Positions 38,226-52,500 of a stretch of 64,000 nt of DNA are shown here, in pieces. The DNA is taken from assembly GCA_964016885.1 (NCBI GenBank), contig OZ024742.1:216442001-216506000 (forward strand), in the 5' to 3' direction. How positions within the stretch are numbered: position 1 is the stretch's first letter; every line of letters starts with the position of its first letter. The notes below the pieces were generated by a model, which saw only the letters and a list, made by a program, of their open reading frames with translations, had not been told where the DNA came from and made no database searches. Position numbers and translations under genes: made by a program. This DNA comes from Eledone cirrhosa. Taxonomy: Eukaryota.

Positions 38226-39462
38226 GTATCTAAATTTTAATAATAACAAGTTGTAGGAGAATTTAGCTGTTATTTTTACCAGGTTGACAATTTCTTTTTG
38301 AGTTCTACTTATGCGTCTCTAAACTATTTTCTTACAACCTATTAAGTCTCTTAATAAATAGAGAACATATATCAAAGTATTTAGGGGATTGTTGCAATTT
38401 CAGTGAGTACAACACTCCTGTAGCATTAAATTGAAACCGTCTCATCTCTCTAATGTCGTCAATTACCAGAATTACAATTCTATCTACTTTATCAAATTTG
38501 TTTACACATATATCTTTAAATCTTCAAACATATGAGCATATGGATGTTTCCAATGGTACGAGTATTGTGTATGTGTCTGCGTATTGCGCGCGCCAGTATT
38601 TTGAACAGTACATAAGTGTATGCGTACGTAGGTGGTCTCTCACGTTAATTCCTCCTCCTCCCCTATTTTACCGTTCCTACTTTATTTCTTTTTTTAACAT
38701 TCTCACTTTCTACCACCCCTTCTCTCTCTCTCTTTCACTCTCTCCATCTCCTCTTGACAATTTAACTCATTCTGTATATACCTACTTATGTCTAAGCCAT
38801 TTTCCTTTCTGAGGATACATTTGTTTGGACTTGAATGTTTTTAAGTAATGCGAAATTTCTAGTTCCTTATGCACACATCTCTCCACCTACACACTATTTC
38901 TCTCTCCTTCCATTTATTTACTCTATTCTTCGTCTCTCAATTTTTCTTATATCCACAGGCCTATCCACATACATTCTATTAGCCCTTGTCATTTGAGCTT
39001 TTTTTATCAATACTATGTTTTAAACATAACGTGCCTAGCTACCTCTATCTTTCTATCCTGTTAAAAATTCATCCGTCAACCAATCTGTAGACATGCCTTA
39101 ATATGGGCATTTCTCAGTGAGATAAGCACATAAGTTATTGCACTCTGGATGTCGTCTTGAATCAGAAGATAAGGTGAGGGCCCTTAAATGTGGGATTGCA
39201 GTTCTATACCCAGATCAATTGTATGATAAATTACCTGACATTATCTAATGCTTCTCTAACTTACGAAAGCGGGGTCAAGTAGTCATTATTTACAATGAGA
39301 GCTTAGTAAGTGTTTATGTACATCCACGCAATCGACCGGTGAAAAAAGTTCGATTCATTTTTGTATAAGATTCTACGCCACAAATTCCTTGGATCCTGCT
39401 ATTTATCTTCTTGGAAGACCTAATATTATAATGTAAGAAATCCTAAAGTATTACTATTCAAA

Positions 39463-39844
39463 AATAATTGTTTCTACTTTTAGCACAAAGCCAGCAAATA
39501 CCCAGTACATTACTGGTACTATATTTTATCGACCCCGTAATGATAAAAGGCAAAGTTAACCTCGGTGGGATTTGAACTAAGACCGTAAAAGGGCATAACT
39601 ATGCTTGAAAGCACGGCGTCCGACCCTCTACCGATACTGCACTATGGAAAAATAATTGTTTCTACTTTAGGCACAAGGCCAGCAATTACCCAGTTCATTA
39701 CTGGTACTTTATTTTATCGACCTCGTAAGGATGAAATGCAAAGTCAACCTCGGCGGGATTTGAACTCAGATCGTAAAGGGACGTAACTATGCTGAAAAGC
39801 ATGGCGCCCAACCCTCTACCGATACTGTCAATCCACCGCCCTTC
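39463..39844 (-). mobile_element. Two tandem SINE family 1 copies
   Basis: Copies at 39463-39640 and 39657-39844. The second is bounded by the 20-bp duplication ctgcactatggaaaaataat. Confidence 0.9.
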
Positions 39845-40347
39845 CTGCACTATGGAAAAATAATGATATTATTTTAATTGCAGGACTGAGATTTAATATA
39901 AAATGTTTGTACCATATTATACTGATACAATTGTCGCTGTACTGGATTTTTGTGATATTAGATTAAATTGCCATTTCAACACTGAATTACATTTTTTGAT
40001 ACTGGTGTCATGATACTGTGATTTTAGATGAAGTAGTTATTGATACATTGGTATGCTTCGTTTTCAATGCTACATACAAAGATATGACTCTTTTCTATAT
40101 CAATGGAAGCATGCTAACACATTTGCAACATTACTGTAAACAACTTCGAAGTTGAAATACTGGAACAGATATATCTGCAATCGTGTATCAAATGACAAAG
40201 CACTAGGTTTAGGTTTTATTTCTTTTATACATGGGAGGCATTTTTTATTCATTAAAAGAGGTTGAAGGAGTCATTCAGTAAATCCAAATCAGTGTAATAC
40301 ACACACAGACACACACAAAAACACACATATATATAATATATACATTA

Positions 40348-40392
<45 letters not shown>

Positions 40393-40737
40393 GAAATCTG
40401 CGTTTTTCGAATATCAATATTAACATTCGATTTGTTTGCAATTATGCAAACAAGCCTCAATTTTATGGCCATGTCAGTAGAATGAACACTTCATTCTTGC
40501 TCTTGTATTGACATGCGAACAGAACTGCAGACACTATGTTTCTAGGTATCACCCTTCATCAGTACAGCTCACTCTTCACCTGCTAAACTGTCAGAGATAG
40601 TGAAAATATATGCTATTTTCAAAAATACACAGTGACTGATCGGCCTAATTTGCATATTATCAGACTGGCTGATCAGTTAGATCTGCATATTAGCAGATCC
40701 ACAGATTTGCAAAGCAGCAGACTGGCCAGTGAATTTC

Positions 40738-40789
<52 letters not shown>

Positions 40790-41639
40790 GAAACTCAATG
40801 TATTTATTAATTTATATATATATATATATATATATGAATTAATGAAAACAAAGAGCAAGTTCCTTATATTAAAAAATTCATCATTTTACGATCATTTCTA
40901 GGATATATATGTGTGTTGGTATGTATATCATATAGATCTATGTAACCATTTTACAAACTATCAGAGGAAATATACATATCTTCACATATATATGCTGTCT
41001 TCAGAAATAATCATATTTGTTTATTGAGAAAAAACAACAAAGATTTAATGTAATAGGTCTGTTTGAATTGACCAATAGAACAGTAGTAAGAGGTCAAGTT
41101 GATAGAATAGTAGTAGTAGAAATTTAATTTAGGGCTAGAGGAATGCAGACTTAAGTTTTGAATCGAAAGAATACTTTGAAACAAAAGAATACTTTGGGGA
41201 TGAAAAGAGGCCAAGCCGGTGAAGGGTACACGAAAATTTGATTGTTATTAAAGAATAATGTTAATGTTAAAACCGAAGGAGAATAACATTTAAGGGTAAA
41301 GGTGTTAGTGAGAAATACCAATCTTATTTAAAACACAAGGACGTTAGATCTATAACAAGAAATTAAATTAATTGAGATAAATTTTGGGATAAATGTAGTA
41401 GTGAGAAATACCAATCTTATATATACTACAAGGAATCGATATTCATAACAGTAAATAAAATTAATTTATATATATACTTTTAGGTATTAATTTTAGGAAA
41501 AGAGAGCTGTAAAAGGGAAATAAAATTATGAAGTTCTCTTTAGTAAAGTACTAATTATAGGTTAACTAAATAAAAAAAACTAATTATAATAATATGTAAA
41601 ATATAAGTGTAAGGTGTATATTAATTAGGTTTATAATAT

Positions 41640-42840
41640 TTGAAAGTTCTTCTAATTCTATGATTGCAAGATATAATTAATTCTTGTCGCTTATTAATAG
41701 GATATCCTTGGATTTCATTATTTCAAAAAGTTCCTGGGAGCATAATCTACACTCATATCTGTTATTTTGATAAGGTTGTAATCGATATTCTTTTTTCTAT
41801 AATTATTAATTGTTTCAGCTAAGGATGTTGTATTAGCTAATGCGGCATTTTTAAAACTATGTTTGTGGGTATTAAATCTTACTTTAAATTGGTTAAGCGT
41901 AGCTCCTATATACGAATAAGTTGAGTCCTTAGTGCTAATTTAAAATTTATATACTATGCTATTAGTAATAGAATTTCCCTTTAATGGGCAATTTCTTTTG
42001 TTTGTACAGTTACAACGATTCGTGAATATTATATCAGGGGAATTAGTCAAATTTGGTGTGGAATTTACTCGACTTGTTATATGTGAAGGAGATGGTGGTT
42101 TGTTGCGGTTTATTTTAGTATTATGGTTGGTTTGATGTGTTGGTGGTATATTCTTGTTTTTTTTTACATTTATATGCATTGTACGCACTTATATTTTGTT
42201 GTATGTTTTTGGTAGTGGAGTAGGAAAATTTGACAGTTGATCTATTTAAAATTTGATGGTATTTATGGTTTGGCGGGAAGTTTTTCTCTAGGATAGTAAA
42301 CAATTTTTGGGGGATATTTTCTTTAATTTGTAGATTAAATGGAGCATTATACCAAGTAACTCGTCTATTACGGTTTCGATGTTGTTTTTTTATATTTATA
42401 CGATGTATCAGGATGTTTACTAAGACAGTTAGTATTAGTGAATTTATTATATATAGATTTAGTTAGATTAACTGATTTAGGTGTTTTAGTCGGATTATTA
42501 GGAATTTTGTTAGTAATGTTATTAACGTATATTGGAGTATTAGGATGAATGGTTTTTTGAAAGTTATATTTTATGTGAGAAGAGGTAGAGAAATTATTTT
42601 TAGGTTGGTATTTTTGGGTGTAGTGTGAGTGGCATGTAGGTGTGTGTTTTTCATTTGGTGTTTGTTGGTAATATTGGGTTGTATGTTTGAAGTATTATTG
42701 GTGCAAGGTATATAGACTAATTTGTTTTTGTGGCCGCTTCTAGCTAAAGCTTCGTTATACAAGGGCGCATTTTTATCGTATACATCCTGGTTAGATGAAA
42801 GGTTAAAAATTCTGAGTGAAATATTATAAGTGTAATTATA
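41640..42840 (-). mobile_element. Penelope-like element relic (Naiad-like C-terminus): RT thumb, linker, GIY-YIG
   Basis: YNEALARSGH, WYNAPFN, FPPNHKYHQILNRSTVKFSYST, CNC..CPLKG, IVYK..YIGATLNQFKVRFNTHKHSF, INKRQELIISCNH. Confidence 0.8.
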
Positions 42841-42849
42841 ATTCATATA

Positions 42850-43935
42850 TAGTTCTAAACATTGAATTTAGGTGATGTTTACAAGAACTAAATAAATTCA
42901 TCCTTACATTAATAGAGTTTAAGTATGAAGAAAATTTCCTTTACACGCAATTTGCAAAATCTAGATAAACTGAGTTTCGGTAGGCGGGTGCTTGTGAAAT
43001 GATTTCCCAAGTTAAAGAATAGTCCATATTTTTGCATTTTAAGTTCCATATCAGGGTTGAAAGGGAAGTTGAAAATGTTTTATCAAGTCTTTAGAAAGGG
43101 CATTTGTGATTATTCCAACGACTTTTAAATTCTGTAGAAATTGCACCTATATAGTTAAATATATTATCACTGGTTTTGACTGTGCATTTATAGACCACGT
43201 CCTTATCTAAACACTTATTTTTTAAAGGACAGTTTAATTTAATTCCATAGTTATATTTTGCGGAGTTGATGTTATTCGGAACGGTACTATTATGTTGGAT
43301 ATTGCTAGAGATATTACTGCTATTTTGGTTATGGTATAAATTTCTATTATTTATTCTATTTATATTTTGAGCTATGTTCATAGTTTTATTGTATGTCTGT
43401 TAAAGATTGAGTGGTATCTGTGGGCTTTAGGAAAACATTTATCTAGTGCTTTAAAGAATAGCTTTGCTAAAGGTGCTTTAACGCTTAATGAGAATGGGGG
43501 TGAGTACCAAATAATATTTCTAGGTCTATTTCTTCTGTTAGTTTTAGAGTTTAAGTTAGATTTTTTTATTGTAATTATAATTAATAGTAGGGTTATTTGC
43601 CTTATCACTGTTGTCGATGTATTTAATCTTATTTATATAGCCTGCTATATTTAAAGCTTCATTATAATATTCTGCCTTATCGTCAAAAATGTTTTTATTA
43701 GCGGAGATGCATGAAATACGTTGTTGGATAGAATTTACAATAGTGTTCTTGATAGATCTAGGATGATTTGAGTTAAAACTTATATAGTTTAGATTCTCAT
43801 TTAGTTTGTGGAATGGATATATTACGTCTAAAAAGTTAACAATTTTATAGTTATTTTCTATTTCTAACTTAAGGTTGTAGCTGTTAAAAAATTGTATTAT
43901 TGATTTTCTTTTTCTATTAATTTCACAATTACTAT
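42850..43935 (-). mobile_element. Second Penelope-like (Naiad-like) relic, tandem with the first
   Basis: VNFLDV, SNHPRSI, RNIIWYSPPFS, FPKAHRYHSIFNRHTIKL, CPLKNKCLDKDVVYKC..YIGAISTEFKSRWNNH. Confidence 0.82.
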
Positions 43936-44045
43936 GATTATATATATATATATATATATATATGCTTATCGACAGTGAAACATATGTAATATGTTATTAA
44001 ATATGTTATGATGCAACACGATTCTTTGTTCTTTTACTCTACTAC

Positions 44046-44089
<44 letters not shown>

Positions 44090-44548
44090 GTGCACGTATT
44101 TATCCGTGATTTTTTCCATTAAATCATGTCCGTTAAGTATAATACTTATACTTTCTGCATGACGTTAGCCCAATATATTGTGTATATATGCACACAGTCA
44201 CATACAAGCGACAATCGTAATGGTATGTCAATATTAGACACCATTACTACTTCTGCTACATAGTAGTAGTAGTAGTAGTATTAGTAGTAGTTGTAGTAGT
44301 AGTAGTAGTAGTAACTGGAGCAGCAGTAGCAGCAGCAGCAACAGTAGCAGGAGTAGTAGTAGTAGTTCAAATGAATATTCTTCACTGACAATATACAGAA
44401 CAACCAAATCATGCGGTCGCTTCTTAGTAGCATAACCTTGTTCAATTACGTTGCTAAAAATATTTCTTTTGCTAAGGCGCAGCGGGCTAAAAACATCAAC
44501 ACATCACAATGTATACGAACAACTTAGAACAGTGTAAATAACACAAAG

Positions 44549-44729
44549 ATTGTTTTAGGCACAAGGCCAACAATTATGGTGACGGGTAAATTTCATTAAA
44601 TAGACTCAACTACGTTGATGTTACTTTATTTTAAAGACGTTGTAATGGTGAAAGGCAAAGCTAACCTCTGCTGGAGCAGAGGTTAGTATATTGTCCGACG
44701 TTCTAAGGATACTGCAAATCCACCGCCCT
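44549..44729 (-). mobile_element. SINE family 1, diverged
   Basis: ttaggcacaaggcc...gaaaggcaaag...gatactgcaaatccaccgccc. Confidence 0.7.
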
Positions 44730-44904
44730 TTAGTGGTGGTGATAATGGGAATGTTTCTCCGTGAGATATGATTGGTGGTGGTCGTCAATATTCGAAGATT
44801 CTAATAATTTGCTGTGTTGCTGCTGCGCTGCTGGTTGTAATGGGTGGAAGTTGTGATAGCATTAATTGTGGTGATGGTAGTAGTTGGGAGATGGCATTTT
44901 CTGC

Positions 44905-44919
44905 AGCAGCAGCATCAGC

Positions 44920-44956
<37 letters not shown>

Positions 44957-45160
44957 ATAGTAGCAGTGGTGGTGGTGGTGGAGGTATTGGTGGTGATGGT
45001 GGTGATGGTGGTGGTGGTGGCGGTGTGGGTGATGGTAGGCGTGGTGGGGGGTGATGGTCGTCGTCATGTTGGTGGTGTTGGTGGTGGTGTTGGTGGTGGT
45101 AGTGCTGTTGGTGCTGTTGTTGTTGCTGTTGTTGTTATCGGTGGTGGTTGTCGACGCCGT
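44905..45160. repeat. Compound trinucleotide low-complexity tract (CAG/TAG/TGG/TTG)
   Basis: Direct inspection. Confidence 0.85.
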
Positions 45161-45527
45161 CGTCGCCATCGTCGTATATGTTTCGGCGTTTGTGGTGGTG
45201 ATTTTTGTATATTGTTGGTGGTGGAAATCATCTCTAATGTTAAAGTAAATATCAGCTAATGTTTTAACGTCTACTCGATATGGCTAATTAATTAAATGTA
45301 AAAATGTTCTATATGAAGGAAATTCCTAAGTAGTAATCCTCAAATCCTCGCCAGATAGGAATTAAGGAAAATATTCTAAAAGTACACGTGGAACTGTAAA
45401 TAGAAAGAAGTAAAAGAAAGTGAGAAATTTTAATATAATAACAGTTAGTCACGAGTAGAGATATGGGAGGGCAAGTAGTTATTATATTATATTCTATTAT
45501 ATTATATTATATCATATTATATATATT

Positions 45528-45558
<31 letters not shown>

Positions 45559-45568
45559 ATATATATGC

Positions 45569-45639
<71 letters not shown>

Positions 45640-45788
45640 AATATATTTAAAGCTACTTGTCCTTCCAGTTCTCTACTCTACTGTTTTAATGATATTAAAA
45701 TATTCTACTTCATGTTGCTTCTTCTGACTTTTTGTCACACACACACACACATATTACCAAGCACACACACATTATATACATATATACA

Positions 45789-45856
<68 letters not shown>

Positions 45857-48185
45857 GAGGGGAGAGAGAGAGAGAGAGAGGGAGAGAGAGAGAGGGGGAG
45901 AGAGAGAGACGCGGGTGAAAGGAGATAGAGAGAGAAAGAGACAGAGAGTAGAGAGAAAGAGAGATAAATAAAGAGATAGATGGGTATTCATATATAGCTG
46001 CAACAACGGCAAGTCGTCAGGCCCGTCTTTTTCTAATATTTAAGCTACGGCTTGGTGTCTTTCCTATTACCAACCACTTTACAAATTCCCCGTTTCGTCT
46101 TAACAAAACGAAAGACATATTGGATAATGTAATTCAATATATATTTTATCTAAAAATATGTGCAGCTGGAATGACTGAAACAACAAAAATGTTGTCATCA
46201 TATTTACATTTTAGTCATCTATATGAATACTATTATGAGTGACGCTTTACACTATCGCTAGACCATCTTACAATTAGTGGTCATATCTTCTTCAAATAAC
46301 AGTCTATAGAAAGGGAATGTAATATTCGTCTGAAGAGGAGACATGTTGATCACTTTAGAATGCTTTTTACCATAGTTCCCTTCGACTAGTTTCAATATTG
46401 AGCTAAGAATCATGCCTTGTTTTTTGTTTCGTTTTGTTTGTTTTCTTTTGGGGTTTTTTGTTGTTTTTATTTTTTTTTTATATGTTACACTTCTATTTGT
46501 ATTCTTTCTTGTGTGCATTTCTTTCATATCTGTATTTTCGATGAGTACACACAATTTGAACTCGAAGTGTTTTGCTTGCAGAAGTTGAACATCAAACATG
46601 ATGAGTAGTAGGAAAATGAAAATATGCCAGTCATGCTTACTGTTATTTGCTCATATGTTCACAATCATGTTGCGATCTTTTCTTGTTTTAATGTAAACAT
46701 GTAAATGTCTCTTAAACATGGAAATGCTTTTAATGCCGGCACTTAATTCTAGTTTAATATCGAGAATCTGATGAGAGATACGGTACCCTCATGAATACGA
46801 TACCCTCATGAATACTATATTGATCTATCATAGTCGCCATTCTTAGATTACGTATAGGAAGTGAAATATTATGGAATAACTTGTTTAATCCTTATAGAGA
46901 GGGAAATATATAAGGAAGATTTGAACTGTCTTCTTATATACCGGTAGATCAGTGCATTACCTACTCGATAAAATAACCTAGATAGCAATCCATCTTCCAC
47001 AAAATTCTGTATATTTGCTGGGAAAACATTTAGTCCTCATTAACACAGGTTTCAGCCTCTGACTCATTGAACTGCAATTTCAACTCTTTGAACATTTTAT
47101 TGCTACTAAAACGAATTCTGTATTTCTGAATTACATAGTTACATACCGCCTCAATCCAAACCCTCTCGAAATACATGATTCTTCTCTAGTCTAAACACGC
47201 GCGTGCTGGTACAGTAAACACTTTTACGAAGCTTCAATGCATTTATCTCGAAAGCCTCCAATACGATGAGTTGTGCATCTCATTTGCTTAATGTTACGGT
47301 AAACTGCTTCCAACATCTAATATACATTGCATGTCTTGTGAACATCAAATAACTTGGAATATTTAAAAGCTACATAAAAATCAAATTCCAATCAAATTTC
47401 GTTGAAGTATTGTTTTATATAACAAATAGTTGTAGTAAATATTAAAATTCTTCAAACCTATCATAAATTATTAAAATTGAAAAAAAAATACAATCTAAAC
47501 ATAAATAATAGTTAGATAATTACATGATGCGTCGTTAAAATGTTTTGCAGAATATGCTACAACTACAAACTATATTGTTTTGTTTTTTTATCTTCTAGAT
47601 TCATCTGAGGTAAAATACATAGGTACTTTATTTTAAGGTTGTAGTATCAAAGAAAATGTTATTTCTTAACATTACACATATTACAATAGTAAAAGCAAAG
47701 AAAAATGAAAAAACTCACAGATAGAAAAAATTCCTTCCGTGCCGGTCTATGTTGAGATATATGCCATCCTCATTCCCCAGACTGCCGCGTTCTTTCATCA
47801 AACTGGGAAGAACACTGCGAGGTGGAGGCGGAATTTTATTAGTTTGTTTTGTGGCAATTCTTTTTTTTTTTGTTATTCAACATAATGTGTGATTTTCTTG
47901 TTTTTCTTATTTGTATGTAATATTTGTTGTTGTGTGTGTAGGCATGTAATCTTCAGAAATAAGATTGCATGCACTTACTCAACGATATACTTAATCCTTT
48001 GATATCATACAGTTATGCGTTATCAAATCTGCGATGAAAGAGGTAATGTTTCTGAAGTATTCTCCGGTAAAACCCAGTAAGACAATCAAATTTACTGATG
48101 TCATCGTTTATCATATCCATTACTGCATCAATCACACATCTTCAGACATCCACCAAATCCTGAGAATTATTGTGAACAGCACCGT

Positions 48186-48231
<46 letters not shown>

Positions 48232-48234
<3 letters not shown>

Positions 48235-48474
48235 ATCCGGGGTTGCTTATTCTTCAGGCAGTTGCTCGTTTATATCGCAACTAGCCTAGCCATCATATCT
48301 GCAGCGCGTACTCATGCAGAATGGCTCTGCTTAGAATATATAAATATATTCTTGGCAGAGCTGTTCTGCATGAGTACGCGCCGCATGTGGCAAATAGTGA
48401 TACGGCCACCAGATATGATGGTTAGTTGCGATATAAACGAGCAACTGCCGGAAGAATAAGCAACCCCGGATCAA
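48232..48474. repeat. ~240-bp imperfect palindrome at the 5' end of an RTE fragment
   Basis: ttgatccggggttgcttattcttc... pairs with ...gaagaataagcaaccccggatcaa. Centre near 48342. Confidence 0.9.
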
Positions 48475-49110
48475 CAGCGGTAAACTTCTAAGGAAGATGG
48501 AGCAATGGGGGACACCTGTATCTCCCAAGAAAGCTTTCACAATCAGGTGACGTAGCTACGATAAGTCGAGAAATCGACGCCTCTAAAAAGCCTTGAGGAA
48601 ACCAAAATCGAACCATAACGTATCGTCTTTAGTGTGTGTTAACATGGCGCGTGTACAAGCATTAGGTAGAGGAGCCTGGTCGAAAAGTATATTGCAGTCA
48701 CAATTTCATGCTGCAAAAACTAGCGACAGACCTGCGACCTGTCCTGGCAGGTGTGGGAAGGGCGCACAATATTTGGGAATCCATGACCCCTAAGAGGGCC
48801 CATAATGGAGAAAAACGTAACACTTAGAACCTGGAACACCACATCCCATACAGGTAAGGAGCAGGAACTAGTGGAGAAGGGTAGATGTTACCGGCTAGAT
48901 TTAGTCGGCGTCTCCTCAATATTTTCATGGCTTTGATACAGTAGATTTGGATGGATGATGGAAACTCCACTATTCAGGTGTGGCGCCAGAAATAACTACA
49001 CTGGTGGGAGTGGGGATACTCACAGATCCTCGTTTGTCAGAATGTGCTATGGGCTGGATGCCATTAGGAAGGAGGGCTTGCCTCGTGATGTTTAGTCTGA
49101 AAGATATGTT
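48345..49110 (+). mobile_element. RTE LINE 5' portion (5' UTR and AP endonuclease start)
   Basis: LRTWNTTSHTGKEQELVEKGRCYRLDLVGVSS, KLHYSGV, GVGILTDPRL. Confidence 0.75.
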
Positions 49111-49144
49111 TATTCCCTCATATATATATATATATATATATATA

Positions 49145-49506
49145 CAGGGTGCAGACGATATTTGTTCGCAAGATTACTGTCTAGGAAAAGGTAATACAGT
49201 AGTTTTATTTTTTTAAGATATATTTATCAAACTTGGGTCAGTTTGTCTTCATGACTTGTTCTTTCGATCTCACTCAATAAACCCGCCATTGGCTTTGATG
49301 ACGGCCTCAAGACGGCCTCGGAACCGGCTACAGGCCTTCGTCCCTGTCCCCCGACTTAGGGCCCTAAAGGTACTTGTGATCCTGGCCTTCAGATCGTCTT
49401 TCGTATTGCACGTAGATCTGTTGCTGTCTCGTTCCACTGCACCCCACACAAAAAAGATTTGCATAAAATTAGCAGTTGAAAATTGCGGACAAATATCGTC
49501 CACACC

Positions 49507-49509
<3 letters not shown>
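49145..49509 (-). mobile_element. Internally deleted Tc1/mariner-superfamily element (MITE-like)
   Basis: 27-bp TIRs CAGGGTG(CA/TG)GACGATATTTGT(T/C)CGCAA with TA flanks. Transposase C-terminus FFVWGAVERDSN...CSRFRGRLEAVIKANGGFIE*. Confidence 0.88.
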
Positions 49510-49598
<89 letters not shown>

Positions 49599-52500
49599 CG
49601 TGATTCCATGATTTTTTCAAAGATATCTTAGTATATAGTGATTCAATTTTTCACTCCTTTTTTTTTTTTTTTTTTCGCTATTTACACCAATTTTTATTTT
49701 CATTTTTCGCAATAAATCATTCTTTATATTTCGATTATCTCCTGTATAGTCTCTCGATACTTTACTCCTCTTGCAACTTCACCAACTCTGTATCTTGCAC
49801 ATTCTCTATCTCTATCCCTCTATCGTTTTGTTCTCAATTTCTTTCTATCATTTTTCAATCCTATCCTACTTATCACATTACAAGGTCTGCTTGCTGAATA
49901 TATTTATGTTACTAACGATTTTGTTCTAAAATATTCTAAAGTAATGTGATGCACATAAAACGCAATTCGATGGATGTGACAAGGTTCACATCCGGATCTC
50001 AATAGGCTTCTATAGAAGAAGCGTCTAAAAAGACACATTGAACTTTTGTAAGGATGTATCCAAAATGAAAACAACTGAATGACTGGCGAACAAAATAATT
50101 GTGTTAGAACCATTCATTGTGTGTGTGTGAGTGTGTATGGCGCCACACCTGAATAGTGGAGTTTCCATCATCCATCCAAATCTACTGTATCAAAGCCATG
50201 AAAATAATTGTGTTAGAACCATTCATTGTGCATGCGTGTGTGAGTGAGTGTGTGTGTACGTACGTGTGTGCGTGCATGTATGTGTATGAGTGTGTGTACG
50301 TACGTGTGTGCGTGCATACGTGTGTGTGTGAGTGTGTGTGAGTGTGTGTGTGTGCATGTGTGTGTGTAGCGGTGTGTGTATAACAATGGATATGCGCATT
50401 TCTAAATGTTTTTGAAAATTACATATGTTAAGAGGTAAATATGTGATCGTGTCGAAGAGCGAATACCATGAAATCCTGCATATGTTTAGATGTATTGACA
50501 ATACACGCTCACACACACACACACACGGACATACGCACACGCACCCCCCCCCCCACACACACACACAGATATGTGTATATATATATATATATGCGTTTGT
50601 GTTAAATATGTTGATTATAGCTCTGTATACAGTTATATATTGATTTCTCTGTATTGGCAAAGAGCCGAAGTCGCGTTATATAATGTGAAACCAAGGTTTA
50701 TAGATAGTCGTATATTATTAGTAGGTATATTTAGCATTGGAAAGATAATAAATAAGTAACACTGGAATAACCATTTTACATCAGTCCACTCGGTTTGTTA
50801 TTTTTTACGAGTAGAAAATGCGGACACTAAGCAAAGAATCAAAGTACTTCTTTACCTTACTCTTGAAAATGGAAGTATACATTGAATTTATGTAGTTGTG
50901 GAGAGCCGAAGCCTGAAAATGAATTGGAAGGTTCACAGCTTGACTGCTTTTTTATTATAGATCTGCTAAAACCTGGTTTGTTTTAAGATTAAATAACAAC
51001 AACGATATTTGCTCTGCTGAAATTACTGTTATGAGTAGAGAAATTCGAAAATGTTATGGGCACAACCCTCTCCCCATTTCCATCTATTTTATATTAAAAG
51101 GTAAAATAATACACTATTTCGTCAACAACACTATAATTTACAATGTATAATCGTGAGTGTCTAAAACTCCTAGTAAATATGTAGTTTCTAAACGCTTGCT
51201 TATACAAGTGCTTCCAGCCACCGCTCACTATTTATTCTTAATGGACATTACATTGAAATCACCCGTTACATTGATTCTTTACGGCTATTATTATTTTTTA
51301 TTATTTGTCATTTTGTTGTATTTGTTTGTTTCTTTGTTTCCTTGTTCTTATTTGATGTATTTAACTGTATTTCTTTTTTTCGTTTCTAGACTTTTTTTTT
51401 TTTTTTTTTTTTAATAGCTACCCAGTTGAGTCGGCTATTTTGTTTTAATTTCTTTTTTCTACTTTATCCTTCTCATTTTTCTTTTTTATTTCTATTTTCA
51501 TTTTTATTTTTGTTTCATTATTTTTTTTCTTTTACAAATAAACCAATACTTCGACCGAGCTTTAATATCTAATAACAATACTTCATTGGAAGCCAGTAAT
51601 TTTTAACACACATAGTATGTTTGTTGATTGCCTTGCAGCACAGTTGGGAAAGGTTTATTGTAGAGAGTAGAGAGAAAATAAAACAGTGTCGTAGCCTTTC
51701 TTTTTAAACACAAGTAATTATATTTCAACCTAGATTCTCTGAGTATCTGGCTTTGTTCCCATTGCACCACTAGTCTTTACCCCATCTGATAGAAAACAGA
51801 ACGATGTTAGACACCTTTTTTGTTTAGCTTTGTGCCATTTGTTTCTTTTCCTTTTTATTTTATTCCCCACCAGTATTCCTATTTCAAAAAGCGCAATTTA
51901 TCGTTATAGTTTGACTTGAATTAGTTAATCCTATTCAGTCGTTTCATTAACTATTATACTTCTTTGGAAATAGAAACAGTGTTCATTCTATTGATCACCG
52001 GTTGAAAATAATGTACGTTTTGGACGGATTGTAATACGATATACAAAACATAGACTGTAATGATATATAAAACAAGACTTACTGATAAATATATTTAATA
52101 GAATATCATTTTCCCATTTAACCAAGACTAACTTAATAATAAGCAGGTTAACGCTACTAAAGTTTTGTCTCTGCCAACTTAGGTAAACTTTTTTTTTAAA
52201 GGTACAACTAAAATCAAAAAGAACAACAACAAACGCCAAATATGGTCGAAGATATAACTTCTGGAGAATTTATATTTTCTCTAATTTATACTTCAGTTTT
52301 ACACATTCAATGAATAACACAAAACTTCAATGGACTTTAAAAGCTTTGAAAGTGGTATCTCATTTCTTTGACTTTACATTATATTCTTTTCTGTCGATAT
52401 TCTTTTAAATAACAGCGTTTTCATGATGAAATTCAAACACTGTCTTTCGGTTTGTGATAATAAAACAACTTAAAGAATAAGATTGGAAAACAGGTCTAAA

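Noticed and set aside
40960-41010. Minus-strand CTGAAGA downstream of the Naiad-like relics
   Set aside because: Followed by GAAG rather than GAAA and lacks helix I.
44768-45259. 163-aa Val/Gly-rich ORF
   Set aside because: Product of trinucleotide repeats; no domain or splice evidence.
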